Assembly (NCBI GenBank): GCA_030141605.1
Contig: JAQGDQ010000290.1
Location: 1 to 64,000 of the forward strand
Direction of reading: 5' to 3'
DNA length: 64,000 nucleotides
Source of the DNA: Tubiluchus corallicola
Lineage: Eukaryota > Animalia > Priapulida
The notes under the pieces are model-generated. The model was not told the DNA's origin and made no database searches. It was given only the letters and a program-made list of their open reading frames with translations. The position numbers and the translations under genes are program-made. Numbering within the stretch: position 1 is the first letter of the stretch; each line of letters opens with the position of its first letter. This document shows positions 24,500 to 37,755 of the stretch, piece by piece.

Positions 24500-25375
24500 A
24501 ACTGCAATGAACTGAGTTGCTAACGATAAAATGATATAACAGGGTTAATCATGAGAAATGTTATTAACCTTTGTACAGTAAACATGCGAAAAAGAGAAGA
24601 CGCCCGCTTTGACAACTAGACAGAGTTTTGCTGTGTGTAATTTCTGATGTCGTTTACTTTCCTTGTCTGATACAAAAAATTGTAGTATTATTTACTTAGG
24701 GATTTACGCAGTAGCAGGAAATGCACTCTCGAGTGTCCTACCGGGTGTTCCAAAAGAAATACTGCAGTAGAAATACGGCAAAATGAACCTGAACATCATA
24801 ATGACAAAAAATAAATTAAATTTTTAGCATATAAATAAATAAATTAAATTTTTAGTGAAATTGATAAATTAATTGATCAAATAACTATTTATTATTGAGA
24901 GACATTGACTAAATTAATTAGTTAATTAATTAGCTAATAATTAATTAGAGTAATTAATTAATTAGCTAATAATTAATTAATTATGAAATTGTAAAATAAT
25001 ATTATTTCTCAAGTCACTATTCCAATTTTTATACCATATGTATATATATGACCATACTTTACTGTATGATGCAATAGTGACATCATTATGCATTTGTTAG
25101 TGCATTGTCCATTTGGAAAACAACCCTGTTTTATCGTATTTACTAGCGGCAAGACACTGGACTGATATGCAAAATAGAGATTAGTATTTAGGACACCGAC
25201 GTCACGCAGGTAGAACATTGATTGCAGGTGAAAATATATTTTTGTAGGATCGTACCCGAAAAATCATCTAATTTTACCCATGCTTGGCAATATTACGTAT
25301 ATTTTACTAAATAGGCCTACGGCTGTTTATCGTCACTTTTATCATTATCGACAGATAATAAGATAATTACGTAAA

Positions 25376-25762
25376 CAGTGTTCCCTCACTTATCGCGGGT
25401 GTTGCGTTCCAGCCCCACCCGCGATAAGTGAATTTCCGCGAAGTAGGGACGCTATCAACCAATCGTATGTTGTGTACAATCTCACGTAGCATCTCAAGCG
25501 GGCGCAAGTACTACATTTCGTTTTTGGTGTGTATTCATCCGCCGAATAAATACACAATTTATTGTAAATGGTAATTTTTTATGATTTATAACATTCTTTT
25601 AATGTTAGAATTAATATTTTTAATATATTTTTATACATTTTGTGATTTTTTAAGCATTACTGTACAATACGTACTACGCATGTGCAAAAATACTTTAGAC
25701 GGAGTACCGCAAAAACCCGCGAAACAGCGAGTCCGCGATAAACGAACCGCGATGTAGTGAGA
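25376..25762. mobile_element. Tc1/mariner (pogo/Tigger-like) non-autonomous element, right end eroded
   Basis: Starts CAGTGTTCCCTCACTTATCGCGG. Repeated CCGCGA motifs occur at both ends, and the right end CCGCGATGTAGTGAG is partly complementary to the left end. Confidence 0.6.
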
Positions 25763-26277
25763 TAAAAGACAAAAATGATATATAAAACTATAAAGGGAAT
25801 GCCCAGAGAATTGCAAAGTTGTTATACTAGGCGGAAAATCCACAAAACTATTAGGGTGCATATTAGTGTGTCAATAAGAAGATTATTGTGTCCATTACGA
25901 GTATTTACTAAAGCAATATTGTGGCTCTTATTATTAGCAGCTTCGTCATAATTAGGTGTGATGAGGCAAAATCAGTAACTCGAATAATAAGGCTGTCACG
26001 ACTCGTATTATTTGGCTTTATTGCTAAAAGGCAAAACGCAGCAGTAAACTAGACAGGGAGTGTAATAGATAGACAGTCGTTACGATAGTTAAGCAACGCC
26101 AAGCTTTGTTAGTAAGTGTCTCCCTCCGGTGAGGCTTCATTGCCTGTTGGCTTCATTTATGGCAAATGTCAATGTGTTTATCAAGCACAGACGATCATTT
26201 TGACTTAGCCCGTCATTTTCAGTGCTATAAATCAAGTCAAATGGGACTAATTAGTACATTTGATAAAGCAATATTAA

Positions 26278-26958
26278 AGGTCAAGAAAAGGGGTACCTGA
26301 AGTAGGTTTCAGAAAAATCGCCTTAAAATTATATTACTTTATAGCAATTTTATGCACATATCGTACTCGCGTTGAAAGGATTTTTTGTTTGTTTTCATTT
26401 TAAATCTCCCGCAATACTGTTCCGAAGTCGCCATTACATGACGTCATGTACCAAACGTAAATCAAGGGAAGAAAAGGCAATGTTAAATTATATCTCAAAA
26501 GACTTTCCGTGCAAATCTATATTACTTAGTTTTTCGCTTACCTGCTAGAAAGACTTATGTAACTAGAAAAGAAAATTATTAATTATTTAAAATGTTTTCA
26601 CCAGTTGGTAAAATGTCGCTGACTCACCCTCCAGGGTGCGCCACTCACTAACCAAAAAACGTATTTTTAATCTTATTGCCAAGATACAGTAATTTTAAGT
26701 TTTATTTAGTTAGTGACGTGTGCGCTACGAATGCTCTGATTAGTTTTTCAAACTTTACAAAATGTTATCTAAACTTGTTTCAAATGACCTGTCGTGAAAA
26801 TGGCTGCGTCTAATGGTCGTCGCGGGAGTTTAAATTTACAAGTTTTATACAGCGTGACTGCTGATTGAAGTCCTGTATATAAAAAGCAGTATGTAAGTGA
26901 TATAAAACTTCAAAACGAATTTTTCAAGCTTTATGTTTATGAAGGGTTTTCTTGTGAT
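26278..26958 (+). mobile_element. TTAA-flanked non-autonomous DNA transposon, family A copy 1 (Kolobok-like)
   Basis: TTAA|AGGTCAAGAAAA...TTTTCTTGTGAT|TTAA; homologous along its length to 32705-33375 (inverted) and 54815-55252. Confidence 0.8.
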
Positions 26959-26982
26959 TTAATGGACACAATATATCATTAT

Positions 26983-27194
26983 AAAATCAAGGAACAGAAT
27001 TCAAATTGTCAGAATAAACTTGGATTGGATTTGACTAGAAAGAAATTTAAAAAAATGTAAAAAATACCTTACACATAAGATTCAGTAATTATCTTGTGAA
27101 CTTTTCTCAGTGTTATATATAAGGCATTTTTTTACATTTCTTTCTAGTGATATCCACGTTTATTCCGACAATTTGACTTCTATTCTTTGATTTT
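26983..27194. mobile_element. Palindromic MITE-like element
   Basis: AAAATCAAGGAACAGAATTCAAATTGTCAGAATAAAC..CTAGAAAGAAAT is mirrored by ATTTCTTTCTAG..GTTTATTCCGACAATTTGACTTCTATTCTTTGATTTT. Confidence 0.7.
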
Positions 27195-28789
27195 GTAAAG
27201 ATATTGTAGCGCATGCGCTTATGCGGCCCGCTCTGCACAACCTTTACCTTTATTCCGAAGTATGGCATGGTTACCAAACTAGTGTAACTGTCACCACTAA
27301 AAGTACCAGTAGTTCAAACCTAAGTCTTCTGAATTATTCCTTTACAAATATTTCGGTTCTTATTGGCTTAATCTTCACACCTTTTGGCTTCAACCAATCA
27401 GGCTTCATTTTGGCTCCATCTCTGACATGTGCCCTAGTTTGGGGAAGGTTATAAAGGGAGGGTAAAAACCTGCTGTACTTTAGAGCTACTGTGGTAATCG
27501 GGTTGTGCAGAGTTGGTGGTTCTTGTGCTTGTGTTTCTTCCATCAGACTTAGAGCTCTCCTACTACCCGCTATATGGCAAGTTAGGTATCAGTCTCTCCA
27601 TTTTATTTCTTTGTTCTGTTTTTCTTTAATTCCTTTAAAATCTTGTCACAGTTAGTTTAGGTCTTGTAATATTTAAAACTCTTTCCAGTTAAATAGTCAG
27701 CGTTATTTAATTCAGCTTTGTTTAATTGTGGTCACGTGGCAGTCATTGTTAGGCTGCTCCGTCTTCCCGTACCTGCAGGCCCGAACCACCCACCCGCGTG
27801 GCGAGGCGCCACCAGCAGTTCAAGATATTATGTGCCTTAATACTGCAGAATAAGATGCACTAATTATTCCTGTTGGCAGATTTATAGCATTGAAAATGAC
27901 TGCTAAGTTGAAATGATCGTCTAAACTTGAAACATGTTGATTTCGAACGACTGGAACCTTCGTGTATTTAAGACAAACGTATTCGTATCATAAACGCTAG
28001 ATGCTTCTCCTGTCAGTAAAACGTCTCTCCTTAGAACGCTGACGTTGATAAAGAGACAGATTTCGGTCCCGCCTCAGCCATATAACACTAGCAGTAGCCC
28101 CTGCCGTTGAGTAAATGGACGTCAATTTTTTATTAGCGCCCATAATTTCTGTGACAGAACCAGTAGTTGCTGTTAAGTGATTCTTCGTTTCTGTAAAATT
28201 ATGTACTAAATGCCTAATTTAAACGGAAGAAAAGGAAATTTTTATAATGGTGTCTCTAAGAACTTTACGTAGAAAAGTTATACGACTTTACATTTGCGAT
28301 TAGTTGTTTGAAAGACATAAGTAACTAAAAAGAAAATTCTTAATAACCTAAAATGTTTGCGCCATCTGGTGAAACATCATTGGTTTACTACATCAGTGTG
28401 CAGCAAAAATCATCCCTATGTTCATTAAAAACATATTGTTAATCTTGCCGAGAAGGTAACATAATCTATTGTTTTTGCTCTGATTATTATGTCAAACTTC
28501 ACCCAATTACATTTAAACACTTTTCAAACGCCTTACCGTTAAAATGGCTGCAAATACCTTGAGACCAGACGGCTCTTTTTGACAATAAAAATACCTGCAA
28601 ATAGATTTCGTTTAAATAAAGATTTAAAGTAAAAATATGAATAAAATGATTCGGCGTAACGTATACATGTATAGGGTTGTTGCTGATATAAGTTATGAGC
28701 GAAAAGACAGCATTTTTTGGCTTAATGTTAGATTTGTGCCTTGTTGTGTTACATTACCAGCCAAGAAAGAGTGCTTGACCCTTTGCACT

Positions 28790-28996
28790 ACTGCTGTTGC
28801 TGCTGCTGCTGCTGCTGCTGCTGTTGTTGTTGCTGTTGGTGTTGTTGTCGTTGCTGTTGCTGTTGCGTCTACTGCTGCTGCTGTTGGTGTTGTTGTTGTC
28901 GCTGTTGCTCTTGTTGCTGTTGCTGCTATTGTTGTTGCTTTTGCTGTTGCTGTTGCTGCTATTGTTGTTGCTGTTGCTGTTGCTGCTGTTGTTGTT

Positions 28997-29068
<72 letters not shown>

Positions 29069-29150
29069 GCTCTTGTTGCTGTTGCTGTTGCTGCTGTTGT
29101 TGTTATTGTTGTCGTTGCTGTTGCTGCTATTGTTGTTGCTGCTGCTGCTG
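28790..29150. repeat. (GCT/GTT)n trinucleotide low-complexity tract
   Basis: Read directly from the sequence. Confidence 0.95.
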
Positions 29151-29974
29151 ATGCTTGTGCTTGTATTGTTCCTGCATTGTCACTTATGCTCCTTCCTAAG
29201 GAGTAAGACAATGGAGAAGGGGTGGTGAAAAATAAGGCAGAATTGTTTCCAGTGTTTGAAATAAGTTTTAATATTGGCGTTTTTAAGCTGTTTCTGGTTT
29301 TGCCACCTTGCCTCAACTTTACCGAATGGAAGCACTCTGTAAAAAGGAAGTTTAAGTTAAATCACATGCAATATAATTTAAAATCGACAACAATCGCTTA
29401 ACTGTTAACATGGTCTAAAGCTTTGTTTCACCAGAACAAACAGAAGTTAACTCGTTAATCTTTGCTACAAAAACATGTCTGATTCGCGCCATCTTGGTTT
29501 TCAACTGGCGTGATGTCAGCGGTGCAACTTAGATGGGACTGCTACTTAAGTGTTTCATTTTCTATACGTTCTAAATAAGACCAGTAACGATAGGTGTGTC
29601 GAAGTCATAGAGCTTTGTGTAAGTCAAAGAGCTAAAACCCCATTGTTAAGTCTTTATTCAGCGCCGAAGGTACTATCAGGCCGCTAAGTGTAATGGCGCG
29701 CCCCCTATTTTAGGTGATGGGTCCCCAGACATTTTTTCGCTTTGTGTATCACCGTAGATGGGCGATTCTATTTAGAGCAAATGTTTACTGATGTTTAAAC
29801 TAAAGTGACAGTTGTTTGAAAATCGGGAGAAAGGAATCTTAGTCTTCCGATCGTTGGAATGTCTGTGTGCAGTTTTTTACGATACGAAATCTGCAACTGA
29901 TCAATATATTCCCCAATATATTCTCAATCAATAACCGATCAGTGCCCAATATATTCTTCAATACTCTTTCTTAA

Positions 29975-30520
29975 AGGAAAACTGAACAATTGATTAGACT
30001 CAATCTTATTTCAATTTACTGTCGAAAATATACACTTTCTTCCTATAAAAGTTAGCAATTATTTCTAATATTTGAATAATTACCTTGGAAAGTTAATTAG
30101 CGGCAACCATACACAGCTATCGCTTACGTCACAAACTAATCACAGTTTGTGCAATAGCAGGAATCTTCCCCTGCGCATCAAGCACGTTTGCGTAAGCAAA
30201 TATTGCTATAAGACCCTGAAGTGATGTCATGAAAATGAGTTCTACATCACACTAACGTCACAGACGAACACTTCAGTGCATGAACATGCTTATCGCGGTA
30301 CCGCGCCTATTTGCCGGTCACGCAAATGTGACAAAAAGCGCCATTGCCAGTCTCAGTGGATTCGATCAGCCGAGCGTAACTTTGAAAGTTTAACAAAATT
30401 TAACTCTCCGGGGTATTATTATTTAGTCGAAGCCTTGACTTAGAAAAGCTGTTGTAGTTTTCAATATTTTTGAGCACACTTTATTTTGAACTAATGTGGA
30501 CACAATCGCCCGGTTTTCCT
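29975..30520 (+). mobile_element. TTAA-flanked non-autonomous DNA transposon, family B copy 1 (Kolobok-like)
   Basis: TTAA|AGGAAAACTG...CGGTTTTCCT|TTAA; homologous to 40201-40879. Confidence 0.85.
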
Positions 30521-30969
30521 TTAAGGGGAAGACAATATACGTGCTATTCATATTGTTCAGCGACAGTTTACTTGTCACTAATGGTAAATATTTTGCTGCT
30601 TGTGGTTATTTTCCTGTGTTAAAAGTCACGCTACCGGGCTCCTGTATACGATGTAGGCCTACACCAAAATTTAGTGCTAGTTGCTCCTTGTGTTTGTCTT
30701 CAAATCGTGACTGTGAGAGAATGTGAGAGCCTCAAAAATCTCGTTTCAGTTCTACTTATAATACACTATGCGGTGTTATACGCTTGAAAATTTGTTGAAA
30801 TATTGAATTACGACAGCCATAAATCGTTCGTTCTAGCGAGCAGGTTTAAATTTTGCAAAAATGAGATTTCATTCCATTCAACAGAAATTCGGTTCTTGGT
30901 TATATTCAGTTGTACGTAGTAGTAGTAGTAGTAGTGGTAGTGGTAGTGAAAGTGAAAGTGGCAGTGGCA

Positions 30970-31614
30970 GTGAAATGGTAGACCATGGGACGGTTAGCTG
31001 CACGGGACAACTTCTTCCTAACTCCAATTACGTCACTAGTCTTTCCTCGAAGTTACTGCTGCGTCTTCAGGCAAGTCTCCATCCAATGCCACCAGTCCTC
31101 ATCATCGCATCGTGAATTGGTAGACCATGGGACGGTCAGCTGCACGGGACAACTTCTTCCTAACTCCAATTACGTCACTAGTCTTTCCTCGAAGTTACTG
31201 CTGCGTCTTCAGGGAGGTCTCCATCCAATGCCACCACTCCTCATCATCGTATCGTGAAATGGTAGACCATGGGACGGTCAGCTGCACGGGACAACTTCTT
31301 CCTAACTCCAGTTACGTCACTTGTCTTTCCTCGAAGTTACTGCTGCGTCTTCAGGGAGGTCTCCATCCAATGCACCACTCCTCATCATCGCATCGTGAAA
31401 TGGTAGACCATGAGACGGTTAGCTGCACGGGACAACTTCTTCCTAACTCCAATTACGTCACTAGTCTTTCCTCGTCCTTCTGTCCTCGAAGTTACTGCTG
31501 CGTCTTCAGGAAAGTCTCCATCCAATGCCACCACTCCTCATCATCGCATCGTGAAATGGTAGACCATGGGACGGTTAGCTGCACGGGACAACTTCTTCCT
31601 AACTCCAATTACGT
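30970..31614 (-). repeat. ~142-bp tandem repeat (~4.5 copies) abutting a (GTA/GTG)n tract; probable amplified LINE 3' end
   Basis: Unit GTGAAATGGTAGACCATGGGACGG...CCTCATCATCGCATC is repeated; a simple-repeat tail lies at 30916-30970. Confidence 0.9.
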
Positions 31615-32704
31615 GGACGACGATGACGTCACTGAACGTTGACGACTTCTGATTACTGTAACGACGTCTCATACCCTACTAAAATTCATCAGTACTTTTA
31701 ATTTATTTCATTGCTTTGTTTTATTGATCTACGTCCCTCCTGTCGTGATTGAGGGCATCAAGATTACTGTGGTACACGATGTATGCATGGTGATTATTAT
31801 CGTCCCAACAATGCGCACAAATGCCTCATATGAATGCCTGTATTATTATGCGCTCTCAAAGACATAATTAAAGTCCAGTATAGGCGAAACTATAACAGTA
31901 ATTCACGGAAATAGATTATAGTCACGCAGATTTGGCAATCGAGAGAGACGACTATTTTCTTTATTCTGTACTACTAGAATTTATAATGTAGAATTTTATT
32001 ATTGGCATAAACATTATAATACAATGACATATATACAGCAAAACAACAACAAAATACAAAAGTACAAAACAGAGCTACTACATTATAGCTATAATAGCCA
32101 AAAACACACAACAAATAACAAATATATATAATTTTAGTATAGACACAAATGCTACTAAGCTGTGCAAATGAACTGAGATAACGATATTTGTAAAATTTGC
32201 ATTGCATTTTGTTTGTTGCCTGTGAAGAACGAGAATCAAGCTTGTACACAGAAGCTCGTAAAAGTACAGAAGTACAACTTACATAAGTTAGGATTAATTG
32301 GGCTTCATGTTGATGTACAGCGGAATGATGGACGTCCTAGTGGTAGCAACAGCACTAGCAGAAGTTAATAGCAGTTGTAAGTTATCATGGCTGGATTATG
32401 ATCTTACGGGGCAGTTAAGGTAAACAAATTAAAGTGGTACACTCAGACAGAACCACCCTGTGACTCGCCAGCACTTGTCTTGAACATACTTGACTCATAA
32501 CATATTTTAGCAACATTTACATAACTTGAAGTAAACTTGTTGCAAATTCTTTGAATAAACTAGAATAGCTGTATTTTGTTTGTTAATAAAATGTTCTTTA
32601 AGAAGTACCATTATTTTACTATTTATTGCAAACCAAATCGGCACATATTTCTACACAATCGTAGTAGAAAAAGAGACATATTAGCAAATGTTACGAAAAC
32701 TTAA

Positions 32705-33375
32705 AACACAGGAAAACCCTCCACTTACATAAAGCTTAAAAATTCGTCTCGAAATTTTATACCACTTACGTACTACCTTTTCGTAGACATGGCTTGCATA
32801 GGCCGTAATGCTGTACGAAACGTGTAAATTTAAACTCCCGCGATGACCGTTATGCACAGCCATTTTACTGGTAGGTCGTTTGAAACAAGTTTTGATAACA
32901 TTAAGTAAAGTTTGAAAAAATAATCAGAGCATTCGTAGCATACATGTTACTAATTAAGTAAAATTTTAAATTATTGTGTCTTATCAATAAGATTAAAAAT
33001 ACGTTTTTGGCTAGTGAGTGGTGCACCCTGGAGGGTGAGTCAGCGACATTTTACCAATTGACACGAACATTTTAAATAATTATTCTAGTTACATAAGTCT
33101 TTCCAGCAGGTAAGTGAAATGCTAAGCAATATAGATTTGCACAGGAAGTTTTTTGGGTCATAATCTAACATTACTTTTTCTTTCCTTGATTCTCGTGGCG
33201 TAGTGACGTCATGTAATGGCGCCGTTCGGAACAGCATTGCGGGTGATTTAGAATGGAAACAAACGAACATTCCTTTCAACGCGAATGCGATATGTGGATA
33301 AAATTGCTGTAACGTAGTATAATTTTTTAAGGTGATTTTTCTGAAACCTACTTTAGGTGCCCCTTTTCTTGTCGT
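32705..33375 (-). mobile_element. Family A TTAA element, copy 2 (inverted)
   Basis: Reverse complement of 26278-26958 (for example CACCCTGGAGGGTGAGTCAGCGACATTTTACC); TTAA at 32701 and 33376. Confidence 0.85.
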
Positions 33376-34401
33376 TTAAGCACCCAAACGCTTGAGGGGC
33401 CCTAGCCTGCAATCTAACCAAGCCTAAAAGATAGTCTAGCCTTGTAACCAACAATATCAATAGAAATGGCACAAGTACATTAATTTGCCAGCCATATATG
33501 GTTGTCTTTCAATCAGTCCCATCCGCCTGCAGCTACAGTCTGCATTGTATTTTAATAACTTTGTTTATAGACTTTGATGCTGTTCGAATTAACTATGAAG
33601 CCGGACACTCGAGGTCCTCTTTGCAAGAGCAATAACTCTACAACAAAAGTGCCTCTCTAGGGAACTATGTCAATAACAACAACTCAGAATAATATGCAGA
33701 CACTGCCGTCATTAAAATGGGTTCCTGATGACGGGACAGACAACGTCTATCGGACGGAATCTTTGGTAACTCTTTGCAAACAAAACAGGGCGAGCGAATT
33801 TCGATTTGTGTTTCAAAATTGGCATTTGATGGAGCATTTTTTCTACTTTTCTTCACATATTCACTTTAAAAATTTACCCAGATCGCCTTTTTTGCAGTTT
33901 GGAATATTGCTTGTGCTTGTCTTGAACGTAGTTTTTATGTAATGTAATGATGTGTTTACAAGATTTTCTTTCAGTAGATGTCGGAATCTCATTTCCTAAC
34001 TCGTTGTGGAAGACCTGACGGTCATGAAAATTGACGGAGCAGGTCTTTCACAACGTTTAGAGGCAAAGCTATCTCTAAACTTAATAAAGGCACTGTAGAT
34101 GTCGGGGTAGAAATTCCCATGTAGATGTCGGGGTAGACATTTCCAGGATTAAATATTGAATTGTAATATGTTGTTATGTCTACTAACACTTGTATATTTT
34201 TATTTACAGATAGTATGTTACGAAGTGATAATGTAAATAAGTACGTCATGATGTTTTAACTCATTTCTTTACTTTATTTTCATTTACTTAAATATACAGG
34301 TGATACGATAGTGGACATGAAACACTAATAATACTTTTCAAGAAAAAACTTTAGATAAAAATGTTCAGTCTAATGCATTAAACGACAAATAAAAACAAAT
34401 T

Positions 34402-36050
34402 TTGTCATTGTTCTCGACATGGCACCGAAAGTACTGGGTCGATTTTATCCTTGTCCTCGACATGTTGCCAAAAGCACTGTGCCGATTTTATCCTTGTTCT
34501 CGACATGGTGCTAAAAGCACTGGGCCGATTTCATCCTTGTTCTCGACATGGTGCCAAAAGCTCTGGGCCGATTTCATCCTTGTTCTCGACATGGCGTCGA
34601 AAGCACTGGGTCGATTTTATTCTTGTTCTCGACATGGTGCCAAAAACACTGGGCCGATTTCATCCTTGTTCTCGACATGGCGCCAAAAGCTCTGGGCCGA
34701 TTTCATCTTTGTTCTCGACATGGTGCCAAAAGCACTGGGCCGATTTCATCCTTGTTCTCGACATGGTGCCAAAAGCTCTGGGCCGATTTTATTCTTGTTC
34801 TCGACATGGTGCCAAAAGCTCTGGGCCGATTTCATCCTTGTTCTCGACATGGTGCCAAAAGCTCTGGGCCGATTTCATCCTTGTTCTCGACGTGGTGCCA
34901 AAAGCACTGGGCCGATTTTATTCTTGTTCTCGACATGGTGCTAAAAGCACTGGGTCGATTTTATTCTTGTTCTCGACATGGTGCCAAAAGCACTGGGCCG
35001 ATTTTATTCTTGTTGTCGACATGGTGCCAAAAGCTCTGGGCCGATTTCATCCTTGTTCTCGACATGGTGCCAAAAGCTCTGGGCCGATTTCATCCTTGTT
35101 CTCGACATGGTGTCAAAAGCACTGGGCCGATTTTATTCTTGTTCTCGACATGGTGCCAAAAGCACTGGGCCGATTTCATCCTTGTTCTCGACATGGTGCC
35201 AAAAGCACTGGGCCTATTTTATTCTTGTTCTCGACATGGTGCCAAAAGCACTGGGTCGATTTTATTCTTGTTCTCGACATGGTGCCAAAAGCACTGGACC
35301 GATTTTATTCTTGTTGTCGACATGGTGCCAAAAGCTCTGGGCCGATTTCATCCTTGTTCTCGACGTGGTGCCAAAAACACTGGGCCAATTTCATCCTTGT
35401 TCTCGACGTGGTGCCAAAACCACTGGGCCGATTTCATCCTTGTTCTCGACATGGCGTCGAAAGCACTGGGTCGATTTTATTCTTGTTCTCGACATGGTGC
35501 CAAAAACACTGGGCCGATTTCATCCTTGTTCTCGACATGGCGCCAAAAGCACTGGGCCGATTTCATCCTTGTTCTCGACATGGTGCCAAAAGCTCTGGGC
35601 CGATTTTATTCTTGTTCTCGACATGGTGCCAAAAGCTCTGGGCCGATTTCATCCTTGTTCTCGACATGGTGCCAAAAGCTCTGGGCCGATTTCATCCTTG
35701 TTCTCGACGTGGTGCCAAAAGCACTGGGCCGATTTTATTCTTGTTCTCGACATGGTGCTAAAAGCACTGGGTCGATTTTATTCTTGTTCTCGACATGGTG
35801 CCAAAAGCACTGGGCCGATTTTATCCTTGTTCTCGACATGGTGCCAAAAGCTCTGGGCCGATTTCATCCTTGTTCTCGACATGATGCCAAAAGTACTGGG
35901 CCGATTTCATCCTTGTTCTCGACATGGTGCCAAAAGCTCTGGGCCGATTTTATCCTTGTTCTCGACATGATGCCAAAAGCTCTGGGTCAATTTTATCCTT
36001 GTTCTCGACATGATGCCAAAAGGCATATGGACTCGACATATTCTTGTTCT
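34402..36050. repeat. 43-bp minisatellite (~38 copies)
   Basis: Unit TTGTTCTCGACATGGTGCCAAAAGC(A/T)CTGGGCCGATTT(C/T)AT(C/T)C. Confidence 0.97.
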
Positions 36051-37124
36051 CCACATCAGACATTCAACTATTTTAATTGTAAGCAATTAGTTTTTTGATA
36101 TGCCATTTTATAATTATTTTTGTATCACTGAATGTACATTGCTTTTTGTGAGAACTAAATCTGTTCAGACAACTCTGGGAAATGTTTGTAAAATTATAGA
36201 GATTCGAATTTCACGAAAAACATATTTATGCTTAGCGTCGCCTACCAGTGGTAGCTCACGGGTTAACAATTTCCTTTTTATTCTAACATCTCGAGGGATC
36301 AAACAAACAAAATTGGTTTATTAGACGCTTCTAGATGCTATAAAAGCCTTTGCAAGAAAAGGAGAATTTTGTGTGAATTGTCAACATTAACTTCAACACA
36401 ATCATACAAGGTAGCAAAATACCACTGAGCTACCATCGATTCAAAACTGCGCTGACTTACATTAAAAATACGACACGTACTGGTACATTTTAGAAAACAA
36501 AACTTTGTATATACCTTAAACTGCAACTAAGTACACTAAAACATTCACGAAAATTAAGACTAAAGGCTTGCAAAAATTAAAACACATACGTAAAGCTTTT
36601 TTAGTTTATTTTTTATTTTTAGTTTGTTGATATTCAATGTGGATTTTCACATTTTAATCACATCAACAATTTTCAATCTAAAATACCAAATGATTAATTC
36701 GTATGATTTGCATCCCGAGGTTCTAATGTCACCACAAGTGAACAAGCTTGTCCAGCACCTGAGACAAGAAAATAACCCTTATTTGCACCCCCTCTCCTCC
36801 TTTGAGGTGGTAGAGCTCCGTGTATCATAAGACGATCAATGCATTCATGTAAATCTCGCACTTTTTTCCTTTATCTGGGTCTAATTAGTGAAAGGTCAGT
36901 GTGATAATTAGGCCATTTCCCTGAGGTCTTATACAATAAATGATTTAGCGCTTGGAGACTGTCAGAGCCTTGATGTAGTTTGCCGGGACACGTATTGTGC
37001 CTTATACATTGTGCACAAACATTCGGCATCTCTCCATTATTTTCCATTCATTATTTTTACTGAAGCCGTGCTCGTATTGCGCTAAAGTAGCAGCAAGGGA
37101 ACGGTGAAAGTACTTGTACATTAA

Positions 37125-37755
37125 ACGAGCGAACCAACCAACCAACCAACCAACCAACCAACCAACCAACGAACGAACGAACAAACGAACGAACGAACAA
37201 AAGAATGAACCAACCAACGAACGAACGAAAGAATGAACAAATCAACCAACCAACAAACGAACGAACGAAAGAATGAACAAATCAACCAACCAACCAACGA
37301 ATGAACAAACGAACGAATGAACAAACGAACAAACGAACGAACGAAAGAATGAACAAATCAACCAACCAACCAACGAATGAACAAACGAACGAATGAACAA
37401 ACGAACAAACGAACGAACGAAAGAATGAACAAATCAACCAACCAACCAACGAATGAACAAACGAACGAATGAACAAACGAACAAACGAACGAACGAAAGA
37501 ATGAACAAATCAACCAACCAACCAACGAATGAACAAACGAACGAATGAACAAACGAACAAACGAACGAACGAAAGAATGAACAAATCAACCAACTAACCA
37601 ACCAACCAACCAACCAACGAATGAACAAACGAACAAACGAACGAACGAAAGAATGAACCAATAAACCAACCAACCAACCAACCAACCAACCAACCAACCA
37701 ACGAATAAACGAACGAATAAATGAAGGAGCCAACCGACCGACCAACCAACCAATC
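37125..37755. repeat. Compound (CCAA/CGAA/TGAA)n microsatellite with a ~76-bp higher-order unit; tail of the SINE3-like element
   Basis: Read directly from the sequence; identical ORFs in the track recur every 76 bp (37282, 37358). Confidence 0.9.

Noticed and set aside
30970-31614. 142-bp tandem unit as a hammerhead retrozyme
   Set aside because: The minus strand has CTGAAGA...GAAA, but the intervening sequence does not form a proper stem II closing on GAAA.
31720-31868. LIYVPPVV...VIIIVPTMRTNASY as the GPCR TM1/ICL1 exon
   Set aside because: It has no GN motif, no following LAxxD, and no clear splice sites.
36912-37085. SLRSYTINDLALGD as GPCR TM2
   Set aside because: The flanking residues are polar rather than a transmembrane helix, and there is no W..G...C motif or suitable donor.
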